In this document: piece by piece, positions 25,220 to 39,312 of the stretch
How positions within the stretch are numbered: position 1 is the first letter of the stretch
Layout: every line of letters begins with the position of its first letter
From: the human T2T-CHM13v2.0 reference genome, Homo sapiens
Strand: one strand, 5' to 3'
Assembly (NCBI RefSeq): GCF_009914755.1
Contig: NC_060931.1
DNA length: 64,000 nt
Program-made: the position numbers and the translations under genes
The notes under the pieces: model-generated
The model's input: the letters and a program-made list of their open reading frames with translations, nothing else
What the model was told of the DNA's origin: nothing
The model's database searches: none

Positions 25220-25691
25220 TGGGTTTATTGAAAGAGATCAATTTTTTTTTTTTTTTTTGCCAAAGGAGACAAAGACAGCCAGAGAAATTCGAAATAACAC
25301 ACTGGCTGGATGAAATTGCTTCAATCATAGACAATTAAACAATTTTTATTTTCAGCTCTGCGCGGTGCTCATGCCTGTAATCCCAGCACTTTGGGAGGCT
25401 GAGGCAGGTAGATCACTTGAGGCCAGGAGTTCCAGACCAGCTCATTACAGCATGGTGAAACCCCATCTCTACTAAAAATACAAAAATTAGCTGGGTGTGG
25501 TGGCTCATACCTGCAATCCCAGCTACTCAGGAAGCTGAGGTCGAAGAATCGCTTGAACCCAGGAGGCAGAGGTTGCAGTGACCCGAGATCACGCCTCTGC
25601 GCTCCAGCCTGGGCGACACGAGATTCCATCTCAAAAAACAAAACAAAATTTCATTTTTATTTATTTATTATTTATTTATTTATCTCATTAT

Positions 25692-25761
25692 ACACCCACA
25701 CACACAGATGTACACATACATGCACACATATATATATATGTATATATGGGTGTGTGTATAC

Positions 25762-25795
<34 letters not shown>

Positions 25796-25840
25796 GAGCT
25801 CTGATGCACTGAGGCTTCCACTGGTCTTGATGTGTGTGAT

Positions 25841-25889
<49 letters not shown>
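25692..25889. repeat. Compound microsatellite (CA/TA)n and (TATC)n
   Basis: Directly visible; the paralogous site at 62550-62715 has (CA)n, (TA)n and (GA)n. Confidence 0.9.
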
Positions 25890-26664
25890 AAAAATAAAGA
25901 TAGGATCTTGCTGTGTTGCCCAGACTGGTCTCAAGCTCCTGGCCTTAGGCAGTCCTCCCACCTTGGCCTCCTAAAATGCTGGTATTACAGTATTTATTTA
26001 AGTTTTAGGTGTTGTTTTTTTTTCGGGGGCTGTTTTTTTGGAGATAGGGTCTTGCTATGTTGCCCAGGGTGGAATGTAGTGGTTGTTCACCAGTGCCATC
26101 ATAGCTCACTGCATCCTTAAACTCCTGGCTCAAGCAGTCTTCTCCCTTCAGCCTCCTGAATAGCTGAGACTACAGGTGTGCGCCACTGCACCTGGCTGTC
26201 CTATGCAATATGAGACCAGGAAGTTGTCATCTGTGTGGAGAGGAATAAGTGTAATCCCACATAGGGGGATAGTCTAAAACAACATGGAGAGTACCTTTAG
26301 ACCTGGATTTTGGGGCTCAGCGTTGCCATGGGAAGGAGGCATGGTGTGTAGCAGTGGTTACCAGACTTCTTTCAGTAGTTTAAAGGAATAAAAAGAGATG
26401 GAAGACTGATACAGTGTTGTTCTTTAATTTTGCCAAGGAAAGTCTTTAAAAAAAAAAAAACCCTCTGTTGTTCTTGTCACTTAACACTAAAATGTGGAAA
26501 AACACAATGTCAACAACAGCAAAATAGCAGCCAGGCGTGGTGGTACTTGCCTGTAGTCACAGCTACTTGTGAGGCCGAGGTGGGAGGATTGGTTGAGCTC
26601 AGGAGTTGGAGTCTGCAGTGAGCCATGATCCTACCACTGTGCTCCAGCCAGGGCAACAGAGTGA

Positions 26665-26853
<189 letters not shown>

Positions 26854-28288
26854 TAGAGATGAGGTTTCACTATGTTGGCCAGGATGTTCTCGAACACCTG
26901 GACTCAAGTGATCCTCCTGCCTCAGACTGCCAAAGTGCTGGGATTACAGGCCCAGCCTGTAGTTTGTGTCCGGCCCGGCCGAGACTCTGTGTCTTAAAAA
27001 AGAAAACAAAACCTTTCCCAAGAAAGGACTTCTGACAGTCTTACATGTAAACAATTTAAAGACTTTATGTCTCAGGGGTTCCATGTTTGTGAAATGAGAA
27101 ATAATTATAGCTGCTGCACAGGCTTGTCAAAGAGGATTATATAAAGAGCCTTGGTGTGACCCCTAGCCATGTCCTTTTCAGAGTACGTGGCTGGAACTCT
27201 TAGCTCCTTCAGTCTGACATTGGAGATGACTAGAGACCTTGAACCAAGTGCCCAGGAGGCAGAAACTCTCCAACCACTACATCTCTGTGCTGGCCTCCAA
27301 GAAGGATTGCCCACATTGTGGGAAAGATCATTTTTATTCTCAGAAAGGAGCCCCTGGTCAAATAACTTGCTTGGAAGCATCTGGGTTTCCCCAGTGGGCT
27401 ATCAGCTGCCTCCAATGCTGAGAAAACAAAGTGTCACATCGCTCTGCAGAACTATAAAAAGATGTTTGTTTGCGGGCTGTTTGGGGAAGGAAAGTGCCGG
27501 CCCCAGCTAGCAGCTCCCACAGCACCCTTAGCTGGGCCTTGCCCCAGGGTTTTGTTTTTCAGAGCTCACCAAGGTTTGCTGAAGATCTAGAAGGGATTTT
27601 GGGGAGGGGTTCTGGGTTTGACTTGAGGTGGATGTGCCCATGCTCAGGTGGCCACAGCTAGAGAGTGACAGCGCCAGGCAAGGGCATGGCAGAAAGCAGG
27701 AGATGGCGACATTCTTACTTTGGCTGATGAGCTCCTGTGACCTATGATTCATCAGCAGCAGATGAAGTTGTTGAATGACTCAGATAAAATAGGCGGTTCA
27801 GGGCATTTCGTAGGGTGCATTTCTTACTATACAGCTTATGTATCCCTAGCGTCCACCGTGAAGGCTGCTTGGGCCTCAGTCTGGGGTCGTTCCCCATTGT
27901 CATCAGCTTGCTGCACTCTGGTCTAAATGTTTCTGCTGAAGCTGGACCATGGTAGATGTGGGTGTAGAATCAGCCATGGCTGGATCTGAGCCTCTGGCAG
28001 CGGTGGCTACTTGAGCAAGCATGTTCCTGAACCTGTCTGGGCCCCACTTGAGCCTCATTTATGACATAGAGATAAGATAGCACACACCCCCAATGTCATT
28101 GAGAGGATTACATGGGATAACCCATGAATAGTGGCTGGCATGGAGTAATACTTAGCGAGTGTTAGCTGGTGTTGTATTAGGTCATAGACTAAGCTGTTAT
28201 TGAGGTAGCAGCATTATCTTGGGGTTTACTCACTGTCTTCCGCACGTACGGGTGATGTATCTGATTACTCTGAGCACTAAATAATCTA

Positions 28289-28432
<144 letters not shown>

Positions 28433-28589
28433 TTAAAAAAGAAGAAAAAAAATCTGAAAAGTGAATTAGAAGGACTGAATTTTTATTTTAAGAAAATGCA
28501 ATATGTGATTTTATTCAGCCCTGAAACCAGTTTGTTCAGACATTAGAGTTAGGCATTTTACCTGCTCTGCATAGCTACAGAATAATACT

Positions 28590-29560
<971 letters not shown>

Positions 29561-29667
29561 AAGGGCTAGGTGTCATATCTTTCCATTATACTTACATATA
29601 CCTAATAATACCTAATATTATACCTAATAATAGTAATTATAGTTGCTTACTGATAACAACAACTAAT

Positions 29668-29860
29668 AACACTTATTGAGGCCCTACTCTGTGCCAGGGA
29701 TTTTCTAATCACTTAATTCCCTAACACATTATGAGGTTTTATTGTTTTCTCCAATTTTACAGACAGGGAAACTGAGACATGGAGTAGTTAAGTTCATTTA
29801 CCCAGTGTAACACAGCTGGCAGTCTGGTTTTAGATTTTGTCCAATGCACACTGTGTGGCA
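29668..29860. mobile_element. MIR SINE just upstream of exon 3
   Basis: ACTTATTGAG..CTACTCTGTGCCAGG and TTTTACAGACAGGGAAACTGAG core. Confidence 0.75.
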
Positions 29861-29912
29861 CTGCCCAGGAGCATAAGCTCCTTGTCACCGACCCTCTTTC
29901 CTTCCTGCTTAG

Positions 29913-30091
29913 AGATGTGCTGAATTTCCTGCGCTCAGGGGACCTCCCACCCAGGGAGCGTGTTCGAGCTGTGTACAAAGAGGCCCAGTACTATGCCATC
30001 GGGCCCCTCCTGGAGCAGCTGGAGAACATGCAGCCACTGAAGGGCGAGAAGGTGCGCCAAGCGTTTCTGGGACTCATGCCCTATTACAAAG
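29913..30091 (+). CDS. KCTD7: KCTD7 coding exon 3, C-terminal half of the BTB domain
   Basis: Acceptor ctctttccttcctgcttAG|A, donor AAG|GTGAGG, 179 nt; DVLNFLRSGDLP...EAQYYAI; phase matches exon 2. Confidence 0.97.
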
Positions 30092-30515
30092 GTGAGGGTC
30101 AGCTGCCCAGGATGGTGGGTATGTGGGAGGAGGTCTGCAAGGCATCTGTGAGTGTTTAGGTCTCCATCAGAACACCGGGGGCAGCATTCATCCAGATTAC
30201 TCAAGATGCGATGGAGTGTCATCCCTTCCCAGTCACGCTGGGGAGATTCAGGTTAAGGTGGGCCTACCTGGCCTATGACAGTTAGCAAATTGTATTTCAG
30301 AAGGACAGCCCTCGTCCCATTGGCTTCCCTTTGCTGTGGAGAACCGTGACCCTTGTTTAAGTTTGTGCCCTTCATTGGCCCCCTGAGTCCCTTCCCCGGG
30401 AAATCTGTCTTTCCCCTCCTGCATCCTGCCATCTTCAGGACTGTTTCTCTGTGCATCTCTGCTGCCCTGTCCTGCCTCTTCACCCTAGTGATAGGTGTTG
30501 TGTTCATCCTTATAG

Positions 30516-30892
30516 ACCACTTGGAGCGGATTGTGGAGATCGCCCGGCTGCGTGCGGTCCAGCGGAAGGCCCGCTTTGCCAAGCTCAAGGTCTGTGTCTT
30601 CAAGGAGGAGATGCCCATCACCCCCTATGAGTGTCCGCTCCTCAACTCCCTGCGATTTGAGCGGAGTGAGAGTGACGGGCAGCTTTTTGAGCACCACTGT
30701 GAAGTGGATGTGTCTTTTGGGCCCTGGGAGGCTGTGGCTGATGTTTATGACCTGCTGCACTGCCTGGTCACGGACCTCTCGGCCCAGGGTCTCACCGTGG
30801 ACCACCAGTGCATCGGGGTGTGTGACAAGCACCTCGTGAACCACTACTACTGCAAGCGCCCCATCTATGAGTTCAAGATCACATGGTGGTGA
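30516..30892 (+). CDS. KCTD7: KCTD7 coding exon 4, C-terminal domain ending YEFKITWW-stop
   Basis: Acceptor ttcatccttatAG|AC; 377 nt to TGA; the four exons sum to 870 nt = 289 aa + stop. Confidence 0.96.
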
Positions 30893-31948
30893 GTAGCCCC
30901 GGTAGGCGAGAGTCCCATCAGGGAGGATGTCCACCTTGCTTGGTGGCTCTGGGAGTAAGATCCCTGAAGGGGCTGCTGACTGCCCCAGAATCTGCCGAGG
31001 TGAGAACAGCATCCTGAGGCACAGCTCCCAGGGGACAGAGGTGTAGCTCCAATCTCCCTGACTGCACCTCAGGGTTGGGCTCAGGGCTTGCGGCCTGCAG
31101 GCACTCCAGCCAGCGCTCACCTGGCCTTTCCTCAAGGCATGGTAGTCTTTCCTTGAGGCTGATAGCTAGGGCTTGACCAGGAAGTCCCGAGAAGTTTTGT
31201 CACCTTCTTGACCTTGCAAGAGAGTTTCTGCCCATTTTAGAGCCACGTTACCAAATCGATGTAGGCCTAATCACTTCCTCAACCCTGTTCAAGCGTCCCT
31301 CCCTTGTGCTCAGTATATTGGTGTGAACACGGAACATGATGGGGGATTTACCTGACCAGCCACCCCATAGCCCCTGGCTGAAGAAGAAAGAGCATCTTCT
31401 CTCCCACTGCACCCCTTCTCCTCCAAGAATAGTTGCCCACATTCCCAAAATGTGGAAAGACTTTTCTTTTCCTTCCGGAACATGTTCTTCACCACCTTTT
31501 GGAGATTTAACCATAGCTGCCAAAGCTATGCACCCAGTTGGCCTTAGAAAACCACAATGTTTACAGCCCTGTCTTAGGGCCGCGGCTTCTCTTATCTTCC
31601 ACCACCTTCCTTGCTTGCAGGGTTATCTTCTCACAGGGCTGGAATGCAAATTTCAGAGGCTTCTTTTGAAGATTCCCCAAGTCAAGCAGGCAAGATGCCT
31701 AGATCTTCTGTTATCTTTGACATGTAACATCCTTTTTAGAGGCTCAGAACACCTCCTTGGCTGCTATCTCATGTGTTAGAATCCAGTTTGTGGTGAACCT
31801 CTTTGGAAGGGGACCCCCTCTCTTTAAACCCTGTTCCTCTGTCCTGGTAACATTCTCCTTCTAGGAGAGCCTCTCTTCTGAGAAGGTAAAGGAAGGGCTG
31901 GGTGAGACACACAGCTATCCTAGGAGCCGTAGGAAGACAAAACTTCCC

Positions 31949-32050
31949 TTTTGTTTTACTCCTCACTCCTCTATTTTTGTTTTACTCACTTCTTTATATT
32001 TTGTTTTACTCCTCACTCCTGTATATTTTGGTTTACTTACTCCTCTATTT
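31949..32050 (+). repeat. Four-copy pyrimidine-rich tandem repeat (unit about 23-27 bp, TTTTGTTTTACTCCTCACTCCTCTAT)
   Basis: Directly visible; ends in TTTCAG. Confidence 0.85.
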
Positions 32051-34687
32051 CAGAAATTGAAAAAGATCCCCAAGGATCTGTTACTACTGCATTTCCTTCT
32101 TGCTCTGTCTACAGCCTAGGCCAACTAGTCAGGGTCTGGACATGCATCTCCTAAAGGAAGAACTGTGTAGCACCATTGATCACAATGTAACATTTCCATG
32201 CTGCATTAAGGGTGTCTCTCTCTAATCATGATTGTACCTGTCTCTTCCTGGGTAAAGGGAGATTTTTTTTTTTAATGTGTAAAGAATTGATGCGAGCCAG
32301 GAACATGTCTGTAGTCCCAGCTACTTGGGCACACGCCTGTAGTCCAGGCCACTCGAGCACACACCTGTAGTACCAGCTACTCTGGAGGCTGAGGCAGGAG
32401 GATCACTTGAGCCCAGGAGATTAAGACTGTAGTATACTATGATCGTGCCTGTGGCTAGCCACTGTGCTCCAGCCTGGGCAACACCATCGTAAAAATAAAT
32501 AAATAAATAAATAAATTGGGGAGGACAGCCTCACTGGTATCAGACTTACAGGACCAGATAGACAAGATGGGTATAAGGGGAGCTGAAGTCTGTGTTCATA
32601 TGAGGAAGAGAAGACCAAGCCCTGGGACTTTGGCTGAATTCCTCCGTGGGGCTGGACGGCAGTGATCTCCTGTTCCCTATGTGTAAACAAAGATTCCAGG
32701 GCGTGGTTTTGCACTCCTGTTGTACTCTTTTAGAGGTGGAAAAGAGGTGGATACTGAGATCTAAGAGGAAAGGATAGTCATTCACGTTCTGAGATATGCG
32801 CTCTCTCTATTGTTCTCGTACACAAAGGGATAGTCTCTTTTCTGGAGCTGATGTCCCTGCTTGGAGGTTAGCCCCAAAACATGGCTCTTGTATTGTTCTA
32901 AGAGAAAAGGCTTTCATTTTGGTTCTTCTGATTGGTGTTACCTACTGCCTAATATGTGTTCATTTTTTGACAGAGAGGCAGACTATTGAAAAAGTCTGTG
33001 TGAACAGAGAGCAGTTCATTAAGCCCATTGCTTTCAGTAATGTGGCCTTGACCCCTTCTGCTTCCCCCTTCTCCCATGGAGCATGGCAGGGCTTGGTTAT
33101 TTAGAGTCCATACATGCAAGCCATTGAGAGACTTGTTTGCTCAAATGCAAGTTTGCTCAAAAACAGGTCCTGAAGGCTTGCTTAGGATTACAGGGATGCT
33201 GGGTAAGAACACCGTTCCTCTCTCTCGCTGGAGAAATCCCTGTTTCTCTGACTCCCTTTGTGATCCTCACAGTAATGTATTCTGTGCCACTGTAGGACAC
33301 AAGGCTCTGGGCCAGTAGAACAGGCAGAGAGGTGACACTGGGCAGCAAGCTGAGAGCTCTTTCTAAATGGAGTGAAGGAATTCAGTGGCCTAGTTTCGCC
33401 ATTCTCTAATGAGAAACCAAGGCCAGGCTGAAAAGTGCAATTAGATGTGGTGGATTGTGGTAACGGCCTCCAGATAAAGGGGTTATCCCTGTGGAAGTGA
33501 CTTTTCCCCATTTGATCCCTTTTCAACTCTAAATGGCCAGGCCCAGAACAGAAGAAGGGTTGGGTCTGGAAGGAAGGCTCCAAAGGATGAAAGCTTCTCC
33601 CTGATCATAAGGAAGTGCATCTTTATAGAATTGTTGTGCATAATGTCAGTAAATCCCTCTCACTTGACAAGGGACTGGATTCATCTTGCCTTGAGACGGG
33701 CCAGTAGTTATCAGTGAGTCAAAGCAAAGTGAAAGTTTCAGGAGATGGGACCAATGGTGCAATGCTCGCCATAACAAAATTCCTTAAAAATAAAAAAGCT
33801 AATGTTATAGCAACAAAAAAAGACTGAAGCAAAACCACACTGAAATGCATCCCACTCCAGGAGAGGAATTCTTAGCGTAACACTCTAAATAAATGGAAGG
33901 AATCATCACCTTCCTTATTTTACCTCTGCCTTGTTCACCAGGCTGCCCAGTGCTTACCATGCAGAAAGCAGTCAGCTGTACTCTGGAAGTTTCTGTTCTT
34001 CTTTCCTGGGGCTTAGGATATTCTGGGAGCTGTCTGAGCCTTGTGCCTAAGGCTTATCAGGTGATATAATCTTCCTGTTCTGGGCTGCTTGCTGGAGGAA
34101 TAGGAAGTGACATTTATAAGACACAGGCGGTGTGAGCATCCATGTGTGGTCTTGGTCTAAACCAGCTCTTGAACAGGTTAAAGCAAACAGCAATAACAAA
34201 ACAAAAACTACTGATGCTGAGCGTTTTGATCCTAGTAATATTTCAAATATTGTCCTTCTGCATATGTTCTATCCATATTTGATTCCAATATACATTATTA
34301 AGCTTTCTTGGGTACTATTTTGCTGGGGCTCTTGCGTGAAGGTGGTACCTGTCTCATGATCCTTAAAAGAGAGAGGCTTTTTTCATCCAAAGCTGTAGTG
34401 TTGGGAACTGGGGTGGGAGAGGCACTTTTTGGAATTCTGAAAGAATCATATCTGTGTATATACATACTGAGTGGGGAAGGATGGGGGTTGGCAGGGGTTG
34501 AGGGAGGTGGGAACAAACAGTGAGTATGGGAACAGGCAGTCACCTCGAGTGTGGGAGGTCACCTGGGTCCGTCGTCTTCCTTCTGTATGGTGTTGGGTTT
34601 ATGTACACACTATAACACTTCCTGTGTGAGTTCATGTACCTGTCTGTGAGTGCTTTGGTGTATTGAGCCTCAGTACACTCCAAGGGC

Positions 34688-34693
34688 ATTAAA
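34688..34693 (+). terminator. Candidate main poly(A) signal (ATTAAA)
   Basis: Three upstream TGTA elements (about 34602, 34635, 34659) and a downstream GT/T-rich element (34713-34732). Confidence 0.5.
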
Positions 34694-35723
34694 GTCAAGA
34701 ACTAGAACCTGGGTGCTGTGCCTTTCTTTTTTAGAGATGTGCTCTCATCTCTTCTCTGACCCCCACTTTGCCAGCAAATATTTTTTATTTCTGCTTAAAA
34801 TGTGGTGTGTTTGGGGATGCCCCACACAACAAGACAGGCTTTTCCCTGAGACCAGCAGCTGAATTTCTGCCCTGAAAGGGAGGTGGGCCTCTTGAGGACC
34901 CTTCTAGAGTTACTCTAGACTTGTCCCTGTTTCATGTAGGCATGTGCCCACCCCAGCCTAGGCAAAATCTCTGTCCTCTTCTTTTGGGAGTTCTCCAAGG
35001 AAAGAAGAGACTGCAGGTGCAGTCACGTGTGTGGCTCACAACCATGTCAGGTAGTTCTAAAATAAATTCCTCCTGTCATATTACCACTTCCTTTTCAATG
35101 GGGGAAATAAGTAGCTCTAAATTTATGTAAGCCTCAGTGGTTAAGACCCTTCCTTAAGAAAAATGGACGTAAGTTGCCCTTCCTTTGAAAGCAGAGCTTG
35201 ACACCTTCCTGGCTAATGAGTGTCCTCATCAAGATGCCCCCTGGAGTCACATCATGGATTAACGCAGAAAGGTGAGTTCTGAGGCTCTGAGTAGCTTCAT
35301 ACCCTCCAACTGCTTCCCTTAAACCTCTGATTATTCTGGCTTTTAAACAAAAGCACTGTATCATCTGTGCCAAATGTATTCCCTGACTAATTACTGAGTA
35401 CAGTCACATAGTTATAGTACACTAATAATACAGGCTGGAAACTGAAGCTCATAGAAGTATGTAGTTTCCCCAAGAGTGCAGAGCTAGTAAGTGGAAGAGT
35501 CAGGATTCAAACCCAGAGCCCCTTTCTGAAATCCTCAGAGGTGTTCAACAGCATGATCCTCCCTTCCTCTTGACAGCTCGTATCCTCCTCCTGAGGTTTA
35601 GGGCTTCACTCTACCTGACCTGTGAAGATTTGAAAGCACATATCTAGGACAAGTATTAGAAAGTCTTCATACTTCAGGAAAGGATTTTAGGAAAAAAGGA
35701 AAAAAAAAATCTCCCATAGATGT

Positions 35724-36396
<673 letters not shown>

Positions 36397-36977
36397 ATGT
36401 GTAGTCCTTATGTAGCCCCTGTGTTAAGGGGGTAGATGGGGCTCCCGATTTACTGACCTTCTTAGTGAGGGACACATATCCGCTAGGTGAAGGAGGCCCT
36501 GTTCACAGGATGATGTATGGAGTATGACAGAGTAGGTGAGTCATGGCTCCTTGGCTAGACCCCAAGGGTGGGATGATCTGGAACCACCTGAGTTAATGAC
36601 ACTCCTGAAGCCTTGCAGGTATCCCTGCATAGACAAGCTGGATAGCCTACTTCCAACATCAAAAGCATAACAGAATGGGAGACTCCTTAGTGTAGTTCAG
36701 GGGATGCCATGTGCCTGGCTTGGGACTCATGGCCCTTGGACTTAGATCTCTATACTGCCAAGTGTCCCGTCTTCATTCTTGTGTAGATGACCTCTTCACT
36801 ACTTAATTTTGGTTTGTTGAACTTATAGCCTGTTCCCTTAGCTTTTATTTACTTACCTTTAGCTTTCTTTTAATTCCTTACCACATTGTTTTTCCTATCA
36901 TGTACTTTAGCTTAATTTCTCTGTTTTTTAAACATAATTTTAAACTTTCTTTCTTTCTTTCTTTTTTTTTTTTTTGA

Positions 36978-37190
<213 letters not shown>

Positions 37191-39042
37191 TGATGTACCC
37201 GCCTTGGCCTCCCAAAGTGCTGGGAGTACAGGCATGAGCCACCACCACACCGAGCCTAGTAGTTTTTGTTTTGAGAAAGAATAGTTAGGTGCTTTTCTTT
37301 TCCCTTCCCCAGTCATGTCTACAGTGATCTTATTAGCTGTGAACTTAGGTACCTCATTTTTTCTCAGATGAATACCTGCTTCTAAAATCTAAATGCAAAG
37401 GAAGAGTGACAGTATTACTATAAAATTCATAGATGTTCATTATCTAGGTATATTCAAAGGACAGAATTTTATGTCTTCTTCCAAAGTGTACCCCTGACCC
37501 TCCACCACACCACACACACACACACACATGAAATAATAAACAGAGCAGCCTTAGGAAGAGGGCAGTTCAATTCCTGGACTGCAAAGGACTTCTTCTCTCA
37601 CACACTTGTTTTTCCTGAGGAATGACATGATCTGGAAATCCTAGGTATCCCCCTTCTCCAACCACTTGACACCAGGTGGACACAGAGCTGTTGTACACCA
37701 GGAGAAGATCCAGTCAACTGTGGGAAAGACTGAACCATGAACCATCCAGAAATACTCCGTAACAGGGGCCTGTCATCAGATTATGATGTACCTTTTCTAG
37801 CCACCTCTGGCCTCTATGTCAACCTTATTCACACCTCAACAAACCATGACTTCTGAGGATTCTCTTTTTTTTTTTTTTTTTTTTTTTTTGAGACGGAGTC
37901 TCATTCTGCTGCCCAGGCTAGAATGCAGTGGTGCAGTCTCAGCTGACTGCAACCCCCGCATCCCGGGTTCAAGCAATTCCCTGCCTCAGCCTCCCAAGTA
38001 GCTGGGATTACAGGTGCTCGCTACCACACCCGGATAATTTTTGTATTTTTAGTAGAGATGGAGTTTCACCATCTTGGCCAGGCTAGTCTTGAACTCCTGA
38101 CCTTGTGATCCACCCACCTCAGCCTCCCAAAGTGCTGGGATTACAGGCGTGACCCATCGCACTTGGCCAGGATTCTCTTAATGTAATACAGACCCTCATT
38201 TCTTCCCCGTATCATATGATCCTGGCAGATGGCCCAGCCCCAGTAGATTTTTGGAATGGAGGTATCCATACTTTTCTCAGTCATTATTAAAATCAAGAAA
38301 TAGAATCACATAGCAACACAAAACTTGGAGCTTGACCCTCATTAAAAGAAACTTACAGGTTCAGAGTCCAGTTGAAGAAATCTTTGTATCTCCAGTATTT
38401 TTGTAAAGAGGTCAGGGTGGTATCATGAGTAGGCTTAAGTCCCTACAGTCTTTGTGAACTTTTATAAATGCCTTGGGTATCCAGTTTCTCAACATAGCAT
38501 CTTCATCACCAACTGTACCTCAGCTGACTGCCCCAAGGGCCCACCCGTGTGTGCACACGTTGCAGGTGTTTACTGTCCCTCTCACCATGTCCTCCTCCAC
38601 CTCTCCCCTCTGTTTGTAACTGTCCTGTCTTTGATATTTAAAAGCTAGTTGGCCACTTCTGGCCATGCCTTATCTGGTACCTGTTAGCCAACCATGACAG
38701 TGATGCCATACCCAGGACTGTCTGCTTCTTGTTCTCAGGCAGGTAGGTGCTCTCAGCACTGATGTCTCTTGCTTTCCAAGTCAGCTTTTACATCTGGCCT
38801 GCTAGGAACTGGAGAGCATTTTCAGTCTTCATAGCAGCAGCATAGGATCCTGCAGGCTCTGTATCCACCTAAGTTAAGGTAAGGTGGATACACATCCTGG
38901 AAACTCTGTATCTACCTCCACAACAGCTGCAGAGGATGCCTGCAGGATCACACTGAGCAGACACACTAGTTTCATCACACTAGTTTCATCTTCTGCACCA
39001 GAAAGGAAGAATCTATTTTGCCTGGCCAGGCATGGTGGTTCA

Positions 39043-39312
<270 letters not shown>

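Larger units (their letters stand above)
30893..34712 (+). other. KCTD7: KCTD7 3' UTR (end approximate)
   Basis: Largely repeat-poor sequence after the stop codon; candidate poly(A) signals AATAAA 33789 and 33888, ATTAAA 34688, AATAAA 35061. Confidence 0.65.

Noticed and set aside
25578-26120. 180-aa hydrophobic ORF
   Set aside because: Built from Alu ends and (TA)/(TATC) microsatellites
30485-31135. 216-aa antisense ORF over exon 4
   Set aside because: Typical shadow frame of a GC3-rich coding exon; no independent start or splice support
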